Of a DNA stretch of 64,000 bases, positions 31,799-41,768 are shown piece after piece; the first letter of the stretch is position 1; every line of letters starts with the position of its first letter. The notes under the pieces were generated by a model. That model was given only the letters and a program-made list of their open reading frames with translations. It was not told the DNA's origin and ran no database searches. The stretch is from Fidelibacterota bacterium (GTDB lineage: Bacteria > Fidelibacterota > Marinisomatia > Marinisomatales > Marinisomataceae). Both the position numbers and the translations under genes were made by a program. The stretch spans positions 864,001 through 928,000 of the forward strand of contig OZ243041.1 of the NCBI GenBank assembly GCA_965212055.1, in the 5' to 3' direction.

Positions 31799-33428
31799 AA
31801 AATTTCCAGTCCATTACTTCAATAGTTGCATGTTTTGAAATCTCAAATGACTGAAATTCTTGATTAGGAAATACTCTTTGTTCTAATCCATTAACAAGTA
31901 AATCAATTGGCATAACAAAATTTTCATTTACATTTTCCCATCTATAATAAAATTCAGAATCTGTTTGGTAATATTCTAAATGTGGTTGGTTTGGAGTATA
32001 AAAATACTGTTCAGAGAAATAAGAATAATCATTACCTGTTTTTTCTTTTACTTTTGCAAAGAAATCTTCTGTATTGACATGGCTTCTTGCATTTTCAGTC
32101 ATAAATTCTTTAAGAATTTCAAACCAAATAGTATCATTATTGATTGCACTTCTTAAAGTATGCATTATCCAAGCGCCTTTCATGTATGTATCTCCGCTTA
32201 ATGCCCAATGATTTTGATCTTCATTGCCAACAATTGGAATCTTATTGGTAATTCTTCCTTTTATACTTTTTAAGTAATCAACACTTATTGGGTAGCTATC
32301 AAATTTATCTTCAAAATAAATTGCTTCAGAATAGACTTGTAATCCTTCATGAATCCAGATATGTGTAGGATCTGAAGCAGTTACGCTATTTCCAAACCAT
32401 TCATGCCCTGTTTCATGAATAATTAATGGATCTATAACACCATACATAGCCCAACTACTACTTCTAACACCATTATAAATACTAAAACCATTTCCATAGG
32501 TTACAGCTGATTGATGTTCCATCCCTAAATATGGAGCTTCTACTAATTTATATCCATCTTCCCACCATTGATAGTCGCCAAAATATTTCTCATAGAAACG
32601 AATAACTTCTTTTGCTTGTTGGAAATAGTTTTTTGCAACATCTTGATTGTAGTCTAGGACATAATGGTTAATATTATAAATAGTGGAATCTTTAATAAAA
32701 GTATCTTGAACAGCAACATAATGTCCAATTTGAACTGATATGTTATAATTATTAATTGGATTATTTACGAACCATTCATATGTCGTTTTATCTCCATTTT
32801 GTATAGTATTTCTCAATTGGCCATTTGCTACACACATTAAGTCTGATGGAACTGTAAAAGCCATTTTAACACTATCTGGTTCTTCGGTGATATGATCTTT
32901 ATTTGGCCACCAAATTCGTGCTCCTTCGCCTTCACAAGAAACAGCAACCCAATCTCTTCCATCTTTATCCTTTGACCATGTAAACCCTCCTGCCCAAGGG
33001 GGATTGATAGCTCCTTCAGGAACGCCTTCATAGTACACAGTGAAATCAAATAAAGTATTATTAAGAATTGTATTTGGAAAAACAACTAATACTGCATCTT
33101 CTTCACGACTATATTCTAATTCATTATTTTCATAAGTAATTTTTTTAATATCTAAATCTTTTGTTAAATCAACCTGTAAAACATCTATATCACTTAAGCT
33201 TTTTGCTTTTATTGTTACAAATCCATCCAAAGATTGGTTCTCAATATCAAAATCAATATTGATATCATAGTATGTAACATCGTATGAAGCACGATGCTCA
33301 TTTAAAAACCCCATAAGGTGGTTATTTCTACTTAATGGAGGTATTTCATCTCCACCATGTGGTCTAGGATTGCCACAACTAACAATTAAAAAACATAAAA
33401 ATAAAATATTAATCAATTTTTTTTTCAT
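31764..33428 (-). CDS. M1 family zinc aminopeptidase, probable lipoprotein
   Basis: Lipobox LIVSC, GMEHQS, HETGH-x18-E, YMKGA; start at MKKKL. Confidence 0.9.
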   Translation of the reverse strand: MKKKLINILFLCFLIVSCGNPRPHGGDEIPPLSRNNHLMGFLNEHRASYDVTYYDINIDFDIENQSLDGFVTIKAKSLSDIDVLQVDLTKDLDIKKITYENNELEYSREEDAVLVVFPNTILNNTLFDFTVYYEGVPEGAINPPWAGGFTWSKDKDGRDWVAVSCEGEGARIWWPNKDHITEEPDSVKMAFTVPSDLMCVANGQLRNTIQNGDKTTYEWFVNNPINNYNISVQIGHYVAVQDTFIKDSTIYNINHYVLDYNQDVAKNYFQQAKEVIRFYEKYFGDYQWWEDGYKLVEAPYLGMEHQSAVTYGNGFSIYNGVRSSSWAMYGVIDPLIIHETGHEWFGNSVTASDPTHIWIHEGLQVYSEAIYFEDKFDSYPISVDYLKSIKGRITNKIPIVGNEDQNHWALSGDTYMKGAWIMHTLRSAINNDTIWFEILKEFMTENARSHVNTEDFFAKVKEKTGNDYSYFSEQYFYTPNQPHLEYYQTDSEFYYRWENVNENFVMPIDLLVNGLEQRVFPNQEFQSFEISKHATIEVMDWKFYVKKVKNYQNQ

Positions 33429-33627
33429 AATAGGTTGTTGATTGAAACATGTTTTTTGCAAAAATAATGAAATACAATAGAAAACAGAACAAAATCCATA
33501 ATACAATGGCAAAAGCTTCCTTAATTAATGGAGAAGTCAATAAGAGAAATAGGATATAGATAATTGCTATATAAATAATCCATTTTATCCAATTAGGCTG
33601 ACTCCATAGTTTAAATAATAAATTCAT
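33409..33627 (-). CDS. small two-TM membrane protein, unknown function
   Basis: 72 aa, two hydrophobic stretches, fills the gap between co-oriented genes. Confidence 0.55.
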   Translation of the reverse strand: MNLLFKLWSQPNWIKWIIYIAIIYILFLLLTSPLIKEAFAIVLWILFCFLLYFIIFAKNMFQSTTYYEKKID

Positions 33628-33629
33628 TA

Positions 33630-36281
33630 TTATAAGTTACTCTTATCTATATTAACAACTAAATCACTTGCAATACAAGACCAATCGTAATCTTTTGCTA
33701 TCTTACTTGATTGTTTTCCCATTTGTTTAATTAGATCTTTATTATCAATCAAATTTTGTATAACACTTGTAAGTTCTCTATCGTTATTTCTTTCAAAGAT
33801 AACACCATTAACCTGATCTTGTATACAATCTTTAGAACCAACATTATTAGAAACAATAACAGGTAATCCAGATGCCATAGCTTCTAAAACTACTAACCCA
33901 AATGATTCATGTATAGAAGGAAGAACAAAAAGTGATGCTTGAGAATAATTTTGTAGTGGAGAACCAGATTCAACTAATACAGAAATACCTTTCTCCATTA
34001 ATTTATCTTTATATTCATTAAATATATCTTCAAAATATTGTGTTATATGACCATTAAATATAAGATTGATTTTATCAGAGGAGTTTATATTAAGCATTGC
34101 TTTGAGTAAAAGATGTACGCCTTTTTCCGGATTGACATTCCCTACAAATAAAATATTAAACTCTTTATTATTTTTTCTCTTATCTAAACTATCATATTTT
34201 TGGAAATCTACACCTAGTGCGCAATTAATAAGTTTTTCTTTTTTTATATTATTAACTAAATAAGATTTTTCAACTAACGATGAAATACACCAAATTTTGT
34301 CTACTATTTTAATCTCTGCTAATTGTCTTTGTATTCTTTCAGCAAGTATGGGTTCATTTTTCAAACCTATTCTTTTATATTCTTTTTCTAAATAGTCTTT
34401 TTGTACATTTGGATGCATCCATTGAGAATGTAGAATTGCTTTTCCACCACGTTTTTTCACTTCTTCAAATGAGTATAAAGACATTCCATTGCGTCCAATA
34501 ATAATTGTATCACTATTAACTTCTATTATATTTTGTTGAATAAGATTTGTTAATTTTTTATCATAATAGATAAATTCGTCTAATAGTTGTTGATTAACAC
34601 TGGTAGAAAATACTATTCTTTTAAATTTATTATAACCTCTTATAGCAAATTCAAAAATCTTATTGGTACCAATATTATGATATTTACAAATTGATATATC
34701 AACTTCTCCCCTGCCAACCCATACAATATTATAACCTAATTTTTTAAGATTTTTAACAAGCATAATGTCAGTACTTTTAGTTGCACCCAACAGATTAACA
34801 TTATGTGAACCTGAATAAATGATAAAATTCATTTTCCTCTGATTTGAAGAATTGTTGGATAAAATATTAAGATTTGAAGAAGACTCAGAATTTTGATATT
34901 CATTTAAAATAATTTGAATATCTTTCAAATAAGTTATATACAACATTATGAATAATACGATGAGCAATAATAGCTTATGAATCAAAGATAGTGTAAATAA
35001 ATTGTTGGCTCCCCATAATAACAGACCCGTGAAGAAGAGTAGAAATAATATCTTTGTAAAATATGATAGATAACCTTTATGAATCAACTTCTTAACATAA
35101 ACCTGGTAAGTGTAGAAAACTGATATATTCCCTACTATAAAAACTGCAGCTGCAGCACCTGTAGTACCATATAAATCTGTTAAGAAATATAGCAAAGGTA
35201 TTAATGCTAATAAATTTATTATTGCTACTTCCATATCAACTTTTGTGTAACCATATGTATGTAATAATGGAGCAACATTGCTTGATACAGCTTTAATGAG
35301 TACAACCACAATAAATATTTGTAGTAAAAGTGATGATGGGAGCCATTTTTCACCATATACAAAGAGTATAATTTCTTGAGAAAATAATAAAATTATAAAT
35401 ACTGGAATAAAATAAATAATTGCTGTTATTACCGTAATCATATCAAATAATTTAATTTGATCTTTAAGATTATCAAGCTTAGCAAGAGTTGGAAAAAGAA
35501 CTTTATTAATGGCAGCTCGAATAAAAAATAAATAATGACTGATTTGGAATGCCATCCAGTAAAATCCTAACGATTTTTCATCTATCAACAAATCCACAAG
35601 GTAATAATCAATATTGGTAGATATAAAAACAAGAATTGTACTAATCAATAATGGATATCCAAAAACCATGGATTCTCTAAATATTTTATAATCTATACGG
35701 AGCTTGGGTCTATATGGCAAAATAAACCAGATTAATACTGATTCTACAAGTGAAATAGTTACTTTCCACCACACTAAACTCCATATACCATAATTGTTAT
35801 ATGCCAATGTAATTCCAACAATGCCACCAACGACATGAGATACCAACATTGGCATATTTGCTTTAACAAATGATAATTCTTTTTCAAAAAGTGCTTTTGG
35901 TTTCACAAGCGGGTTATACAACAATACTATGCAAAAGATTTGGATATATTCTGTAAGGTGAGATTTATCAATCCATGCTAAAATTGTTGGTAACAAGAAA
36001 AGAGAAAATAATATTAACAACAACCCCCATATTAATTCAACGGTAAAAATTGTATCTAATATTTTATAAGGATTCTTTTTTTCTTTAATAAGAAATTTAT
36101 CTCCATGAAGACTCCCAAAACTATTAAGAAACATCGCAACTAGGCTAATAAAAGCAAAAACACCAAATTCCGATGGCTCCAAAATTCTAGCAAGAGTAAC
36201 TTGGACAGTAAAAAGTGTAATAACCTGCAATATGGTTATTACACTTACTGTGATTCCTCCAGAAATCAGTCTTTTTAACAC
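33630..36281 (-). CDS. Wzx flippase fused to a GT4 glycosyltransferase
   Basis: ARIL.P.EFG and many TMs in N-half; FVG....KG, LPSIHESFGLVVLEAMASGLPV in C-half; GTG start after AGGAAG. Confidence 0.85.
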   Translation of the reverse strand: MLKRLISGGITVSVITILQVITLFTVQVTLARILEPSEFGVFAFISLVAMFLNSFGSLHGDKFLIKEKKNPYKILDTIFTVELIWGLLLILFSLFLLPTILAWIDKSHLTEYIQIFCIVLLYNPLVKPKALFEKELSFVKANMPMLVSHVVGGIVGITLAYNNYGIWSLVWWKVTISLVESVLIWFILPYRPKLRIDYKIFRESMVFGYPLLISTILVFISTNIDYYLVDLLIDEKSLGFYWMAFQISHYLFFIRAAINKVLFPTLAKLDNLKDQIKLFDMITVITAIIYFIPVFIILLFSQEIILFVYGEKWLPSSLLLQIFIVVVLIKAVSSNVAPLLHTYGYTKVDMEVAIINLLALIPLLYFLTDLYGTTGAAAAVFIVGNISVFYTYQVYVKKLIHKGYLSYFTKILFLLFFTGLLLWGANNLFTLSLIHKLLLLIVLFIMLYITYLKDIQIILNEYQNSESSSNLNILSNNSSNQRKMNFIIYSGSHNVNLLGATKSTDIMLVKNLKKLGYNIVWVGRGEVDISICKYHNIGTNKIFEFAIRGYNKFKRIVFSTSVNQQLLDEFIYYDKKLTNLIQQNIIEVNSDTIIIGRNGMSLYSFEEVKKRGGKAILHSQWMHPNVQKDYLEKEYKRIGLKNEPILAERIQRQLAEIKIVDKIWCISSLVEKSYLVNNIKKEKLINCALGVDFQKYDSLDKRKNNKEFNILFVGNVNPEKGVHLLLKAMLNINSSDKINLIFNGHITQYFEDIFNEYKDKLMEKGISVLVESGSPLQNYSQASLFVLPSIHESFGLVVLEAMASGLPVIVSNNVGSKDCIQDQVNGVIFERNNDRELTSVIQNLIDNKDLIKQMGKQSSKIAKDYDWSCIASDLVVNIDKSNL

Positions 36282-36341
36282 CTATCTTCCTGCTTTCTGT
36301 GAATTATAAATTGTATAAATGAAGTTTATCATTTCGCAGTA

Positions 36342-37055
36342 TTATAACACAAAATAATATAATTTTTTATAATAATCTAAAGCTTCATCATAAATAGAAT
36401 GGTACTCTTTTGGTACATTATTAGATCTATTTTCAAATTTTTCAAATTTGGTAGTATTAATAATATTGTTATACCAATGTTTCCACCAAATACCATCAGT
36501 AGAATATGGACCTTTCTTCCAATTAAGCATTTTTTTATCAAACTTAATATTCAAATGATTGCACCAATGATTTAAGATACTTTCAGGATTGTTTAATAAA
36601 GTAGAAACATCAATAACTAAAATATTTTTTTTGAATTTTTGCAAATATTTAATTAATTCATATTGCTGAGGATAACCAAGTTCACTGATATGATTTAATT
36701 TGTTTTTTTTAATATAAGAGCTAATCACATCTTTTGGGTGTCTTATCAAAAATGAATTATGGAAATCTTTTATCCATTCAATATTTTCTAAGTTGATTAA
36801 ATGGTGGGCCATATGTTTTTGATACCATATATTTTTTGATTGAGGAATTTCTTTAGTAATAGCATTGACTACTGAATCATATGAATTTGGATAATAATTA
36901 ATAATTTCTTCATGCATTGGATGTTTTAGTTTTTTTTCTTTTAAATAATATGCATAAAAAGGCTCATCAGTCACAAAGGTATCGTCTCTTGATGACCAAG
37001 AACGCATTAATGCAGTAGAAATATTCCTAGGACCTGACCAACAAGCAATTTTCAT
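36342..37055 (-). CDS. sulfotransferase-like protein of the type paired with class IV aminotransferases
   Basis: WSGPRNISTALMRSW, DEPFY, YQKHM, LIRHP..VI.SY, GIWWKHWY. Confidence 0.8.
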   Translation of the reverse strand: MKIACWSGPRNISTALMRSWSSRDDTFVTDEPFYAYYLKEKKLKHPMHEEIINYYPNSYDSVVNAITKEIPQSKNIWYQKHMAHHLINLENIEWIKDFHNSFLIRHPKDVISSYIKKNKLNHISELGYPQQYELIKYLQKFKKNILVIDVSTLLNNPESILNHWCNHLNIKFDKKMLNWKKGPYSTDGIWWKHWYNNIINTTKFEKFENRSNNVPKEYHSIYDEALDYYKKLYYFVL

Positions 37056-37966
37056 AATTTAGATTTTATATAATTTTCAATATCTTGAAGATATAATGTT
37101 CTTATCTTATTTGTGATGGAGTCCTTATTTGTTGATTCTAAAGATTTATCTTCTAAGATTGAAACTGGTACAATGCCTCCAAACGTTCCAGTAACAAATG
37201 CTTCTTGACAATCTTCTATATCTTTAAAAATAAAATTTTTTTTAGAAATCGGAATATTATTTATTTTGCATAATTCTATTGTTTTTGATCGAGTAATTCC
37301 ATTGAGACAATATTTCCCTTTCGAAGTAATAATTTCATTATTCTTAATGAAAAAAAGGTTAGTTGAATTACATGTGCTAATAAAACCATGCATATCATTC
37401 ATAATTCCTTCATCATAGCCAAGCTTATTTGCTTCTATACTCGCTAAAATACAATTTAATTTACTTAATGTATTATACTGTGGATTCAGTATTTCATTAT
37501 TTGGTCTAATATTTTTGACTCTTCCAATTTTAATACCATTCTTATAGGTACTAGAATCTGCTTTCTTATATTCAGGAATAATAACAAAGTTTATTGGACC
37601 CACATTTGCATTAGGATTTTGATAAGGAGTAATTTTATTCCCACGAGAAACTACTAAACGAATATGTACATCATCTTTCATATTATTTTTTGTTAACGTT
37701 TTATTGATTTCATTTATGATATACTCTTTTTCAAAACCAATATGGAGTGAAATCCCTTTTGCGCTTTCATAGAGACGATCTAGGTGCTCTTCAATATGTA
37801 TCAAAACAGATTGATGAAATCTAATTCCTTCCCAGATTCCATCTCCAAGTAAAAAACCACTATCAAAAACTGATATTTTTGCTTCGTTTCTTTTGAAAAA
37901 TTCTCCATTAATGTTTATTAAGACAGCTTCATTTTTTGGATTTACTATGAAAGAATGTGTACTCAT
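37052..37966 (-). CDS. class IV PLP-dependent aminotransferase (BCAT/D-amino-acid aminotransferase-like)
   Basis: SVFDSGFLLGDGIWEGIR, SKLN, CNSTN.F, GITR, TGTFGG; start at MSTHS. Confidence 0.9.
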   Translation of the reverse strand: MSTHSFIVNPKNEAVLININGEFFKRNEAKISVFDSGFLLGDGIWEGIRFHQSVLIHIEEHLDRLYESAKGISLHIGFEKEYIINEINKTLTKNNMKDDVHIRLVVSRGNKITPYQNPNANVGPINFVIIPEYKKADSSTYKNGIKIGRVKNIRPNNEILNPQYNTLSKLNCILASIEANKLGYDEGIMNDMHGFISTCNSTNLFFIKNNEIITSKGKYCLNGITRSKTIELCKINNIPISKKNFIFKDIEDCQEAFVTGTFGGIVPVSILEDKSLESTNKDSITNKIRTLYLQDIENYIKSKL

Positions 37967-37969
37967 GAG

Positions 37970-38041
37970 TGGGCCCACAGGGATTTGAACCCCGAACCTG
38001 CGGATTATGAGTCCGTTGCTCTACCATTGAGCTATGGGCCC
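37970..38041 (-). tRNA. tRNA-Ile2 (anticodon CAU, lysidine type); CCA not encoded
   Basis: Full cloverleaf GGGCCCA...CTCATAA...TTCAAAT...TGGGCCC-A; G1-C72 pair excludes initiator; C4-G69/C5-G68 are TilS determinants. Confidence 0.88.
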
Positions 38042-38052
38042 TTATCTAAAAA

Positions 38053-38394
38053 TTATTTTCTAAACAATTTTTTTCTTATTTTTGTAGCAGAAATTTTTCC
38101 TATACTATCTGGTGGAATATGTTCAATGATATCATAACCTACCCCACGCCCATAATTTACAGATTCAATATCAGGTATAATAATAACTTTGATTCTATTA
38201 CTTTTAACCAAATCTTGAAGTTTATTTTCAATATTGTTTTTTACATCTTCAGGATCATAAGGATTTTTATCATTTGTACTTACTTCTCTTATACAAATAA
38301 GAACATTTTTCCCTTCATTTAGTCGTTGATCAATTAACCAACGATGTCCATCATGCCACGGTTGCCATCTTCCTATAAACATTGAGTATTTCAT
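38053..38394 (-). CDS. small HxGH (cytidylyltransferase-like) nucleotidyltransferase
   Basis: FIGRWQPWHDGH, YGRGVGY, ISATKIR; 113 aa. Confidence 0.8.
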   Translation of the reverse strand: MKYSMFIGRWQPWHDGHRWLIDQRLNEGKNVLICIREVSTNDKNPYDPEDVKNNIENKLQDLVKSNRIKVIIIPDIESVNYGRGVGYDIIEHIPPDSIGKISATKIRKKLFRK

Positions 38395-38812
38395 TTGTAC
38401 ATTCCTCTATATCTAATTTGCCTGTATCAATTGATAAATGTTTTTCTAAAGGGATTTCATAGTCTTTAGCAAAAAAATTTTCTCTTCCTCTTATTTCTGT
38501 AGTATGCAAATAAACTTCCAGAAAAGGAAATTCACTCTTTAATTCATTTCTAAGAAATCTATATGGGGCAACAATAGATACTACACAAAGATATCCCTTA
38601 CTGCTTAAAAAACGAATAATTGATATCGCAGTAGAAATATTTTTAATTCTCCCTTCTTTAGAATAATCTTTATTTCTATTAATATTTCTTAAATCATCAC
38701 CATCTAAATTAATTATTTTAAGATATTCATCATCTTGTTTTAAAGATTTAATAATCGAATTAGCTAGGGTTGTTTTCCCGCTACCCGGCTGACCTGTAAG
38801 CCAAATAATCAT
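38351..38812 (-). CDS. cysC: adenylyl-sulfate kinase-like protein (short)
   Basis: IWLTGQPGSGKTT, LDGDDLR, YSKEGRIKNI, YEIP. Confidence 0.8.
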   Translation of the reverse strand: MIIWLTGQPGSGKTTLANSIIKSLKQDDEYLKIINLDGDDLRNINRNKDYSKEGRIKNISTAISIIRFLSSKGYLCVVSIVAPYRFLRNELKSEFPFLEVYLHTTEIRGRENFFAKDYEIPLEKHLSIDTGKLDIEECTNEILNVYRKMATVA

Positions 38813-38824
38813 AATTTTATCTTT

Positions 38825-39850
38825 TCAGATAAAAAGTTGATCCCGTTTATTATAAGCTTCAAAGACAAGGATGAGTGCAAATAAAATTATAAATAAAGCA
38901 ATAATGCTTTCTAAAAATCCTCTGCCAGCTTTATATGAAATAATATGAGGCGAATCCAAAATAAATACTGTAGAAGTACTATTTTTTTCATCAATCTTTG
39001 CAATTTCTAGTTGATCTGAAAGAGTTATATATAATTGATTATAGAGCGATACTTCTTGTTCTATTCTCTTCTTTTGAACAATCAAATTTGGAGAATTGGT
39101 TAAGTTTTTATTGCTTTCAAGAAAGAAGATTAGTTCATCTTGAGCATTCTCTAAATTTTCTTTTATCTGCGATAGACGACCAACAACAAAATCTTTCTTT
39201 TCTTTTGCTTTAATATTAGTAATCTCACTAGAATATTTCACAATGGAATCAAAGATATTTTCTAAAATATCTTGAGATAATTCAGGATTTTCTCTTACTG
39301 TCACACTAATAGCATTTAAAGAAGATTGTTTATCTTCTAAATGACCTATACTGTCTTTAAGAATTTCTTTAGCAAAAAGCAACTTTTTCTCTTCAATAGA
39401 TAAATTTTCACTCATATTAATCTTTCTATTGATTTTCTTAATAGTAGCAATTGGATTAATTGAAAAAACATTATCATAATTACTCCCCCAATAGTCAACT
39501 AAGGTTTTTTTATCTCCTTTGATATTGTATTCTTGCTCTACAACATGTTGTAATAATTTTTCAGAAGCAAGATATTCAGATACAGTAAAACCTAAATAAA
39601 GATTCTTTTCGAATCTGTCTCCTGCAAAACTTCTTATAAAACTTAAAGCAGAAGATTGGTTTGATTCATTATAATTGGTATAGAATGATACTTCTGAAGA
39701 GTAAGATGGAGTCTTAAGAAAAAAGTAATACAACATAAAAATAACGATTACAGATAAAAGAATTTTTAAATATTGTCTAAAAATATTAAATATAAAATAG
39801 AACACATTTTTTAAATTAATATACTCATTTTCTAGGATTGGTCTATTCAA
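38825..39850 (-). CDS. Wzz/GNVR-type polysaccharide co-polymerase (chain-length regulator)
   Basis: N- and C-terminal TMs flanking a coiled coil; Y..L..Q.E.AKI.E...ILDSP. Confidence 0.75.
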   Translation of the reverse strand: MNRPILENEYINLKNVFYFIFNIFRQYLKILLSVIVIFMLYYFFLKTPSYSSEVSFYTNYNESNQSSALSFIRSFAGDRFEKNLYLGFTVSEYLASEKLLQHVVEQEYNIKGDKKTLVDYWGSNYDNVFSINPIATIKKINRKINMSENLSIEEKKLLFAKEILKDSIGHLEDKQSSLNAISVTVRENPELSQDILENIFDSIVKYSSEITNIKAKEKKDFVVGRLSQIKENLENAQDELIFFLESNKNLTNSPNLIVQKKRIEQEVSLYNQLYITLSDQLEIAKIDEKNSTSTVFILDSPHIISYKAGRGFLESIIALFIILFALILVFEAYNKRDQLFI

Positions 39851-39860
39851 TGTTTAGTCC

Positions 39861-41762
39861 TTAATTTGAATTATTATCAATAATAAAAATAATAGTTGCC
39901 AAGTTAGTAAGAATAGAAACTAAGTCCGATGTAAAGGCTGTAGGATTAAATTCCTGCGGATCAGGATCTGCTGGAACAAAAATTGTATCCCCTCCATTAA
40001 CGCGTTTCCAACGTCCTCTTGCAATTTGATCAATTTCACCGTTTGATTTTTTAATATAAACTTTATTCTTTAATGAATTTTCTTGATATCCACCAGCAAG
40101 CATAATATAGTCTAATACTGTTAAATTTGATTTATGTGCTACCAAACCAGGGTTATAAACATTGCCTTGAACATTCACCATATCTTCATATGGAAGAATA
40201 GTGATAATTGAATTTGCAGTAAGAACAAAATCTGTATTTACATTACCAACATTTTCTCGTACTGTAGTAACCATGCCACTTGCGTTAGTTTCAGTAAATT
40301 CTTCATAAATTACTATAGCATCTTGATTGGCAAGTGGAGTAAATCCTTCTGCAAGATTAATTGCATCTCCTACAGTCATTCTAGATGTTAAAGGAAAACT
40401 GCCTCTTTTCTGTACTTCTCCATCAATTGTTACTTTAAAACTATTATTATATCTATAGTCTTCATATACAAAAATTTTGTCTTCAGCTTTTAATTCAAAT
40501 TTATCTGATTCTTCGTAAGAAACTTTAAACTCTTTTCCATAAAACTGATTCTTATCTTTTCGTAAAATTAAAATTTCATTCTCACGAATGGATTTTCTAT
40601 ATACAGGATCATTGAATCCTCCTGCTACATTTAAAACAGTTTTAAGATTCGATGCAGAAGGATATAATCCAGGAAACTTAACTCTACCAAAAATCTCTAC
40701 TGTTGTTAATACATCTCCAATAGATGTAATAATAACAGAATCTCCATTATGTAAATTAGTGTTTGAAAATTCTTTAAAGTTAATGGTCTTGCTTGTTTGT
40801 GCATTGTCGTCTGAAGTACGTTCTTCCATTGGAATCACAACATACAATAAAGCTGAAGAACTAGCATTTGCCGTAAAACCACCAGTATATTTGATAAGAT
40901 CTGCTAATGATTCATCATTCACTAATTCAAAAAAACCAATATTATAAACTTCTCCTAGTATTTCGACACGATTAATAATTGTGGGAATATGAATAACATC
41001 TCCATCTAAAATTTTTATAGATGAAAAATCATTTTTCCCATCTGCAAAAAAAGAATAAAAGTCAACAGTAGCAATTATTTCATTATTTCGAATTAATTGT
41101 ACCATTCTTAATGAACCTTCTTTTTTTACTCCTCCAGCTTGAACAATCGCTGAAAATATATCAGAAAACGGATGAATAAGATTAATACCTGGTATTTCAA
41201 TTTGTCCAGAAAAATAAACATTGATAGATTTTAATTTTCCTAATTCTAACATTAATTCTGTTGGATTATCTTTATCTTGTAAGGTTGAATAAATGCGTGA
41301 CAATTCCTGAACTAAAATTAATTCAGCTTCTTTCATATTTTTGTTAGAAAGATTGATAAAACCAACATTTTCATAATAAATTAATCCTTCTTTATTAATA
41401 ACAAATTTTTCTCTTGAATTTGTTTCTCCCCATAGAGACAATATTACCTCATCACCTGGGCCTAATTTGAAATCAGGTGGTGTAGGAACATTATCAAAAA
41501 AATTAATATCTCTCTTAAAATAATTATAGCCAAAATAACTATCAGCAGGTGCAGATGTAGAAGGCCCAATTGTAACGGAACTTGGGATTTCACTCTCTGA
41601 ACTAATATCTGTTGTCCCAACTTCAGAAGGGATTGCTCCAGCTTTTAATTGTGATTTAATCAAATCTAATTCATCATTACTCAATTTATTCAAATCACCT
41701 AATGAAACCTGTCCAAAGACGATATTAATAAAACATAAAAATATGGTATATTCTCTCTTCAT
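39861..41762 (-). CDS. polysaccharide export protein with multiple SLBB domains (Wza/KpsD-like)
   Basis: FKLGPGDEV.L.LWG, repeated V.GEV..PG / AGG units, GDTIFVP. Confidence 0.88.
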   Translation of the reverse strand: MKREYTIFLCFINIVFGQVSLGDLNKLSNDELDLIKSQLKAGAIPSEVGTTDISSESEIPSSVTIGPSTSAPADSYFGYNYFKRDINFFDNVPTPPDFKLGPGDEVILSLWGETNSREKFVINKEGLIYYENVGFINLSNKNMKEAELILVQELSRIYSTLQDKDNPTELMLELGKLKSINVYFSGQIEIPGINLIHPFSDIFSAIVQAGGVKKEGSLRMVQLIRNNEIIATVDFYSFFADGKNDFSSIKILDGDVIHIPTIINRVEILGEVYNIGFFELVNDESLADLIKYTGGFTANASSSALLYVVIPMEERTSDDNAQTSKTINFKEFSNTNLHNGDSVIITSIGDVLTTVEIFGRVKFPGLYPSASNLKTVLNVAGGFNDPVYRKSIRENEILILRKDKNQFYGKEFKVSYEESDKFELKAEDKIFVYEDYRYNNSFKVTIDGEVQKRGSFPLTSRMTVGDAINLAEGFTPLANQDAIVIYEEFTETNASGMVTTVRENVGNVNTDFVLTANSIITILPYEDMVNVQGNVYNPGLVAHKSNLTVLDYIMLAGGYQENSLKNKVYIKKSNGEIDQIARGRWKRVNGGDTIFVPADPDPQEFNPTAFTSDLVSILTNLATIIFIIDNNSN

Positions 41763-41768
41763 CTGCAG

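Noticed and set aside
37970..38041. tRNA-Met call, or att-site duplication of the tRNA 3' end
   Set aside because: Acceptor stem fits Ile2; no second copy of the 3' end was found in the window
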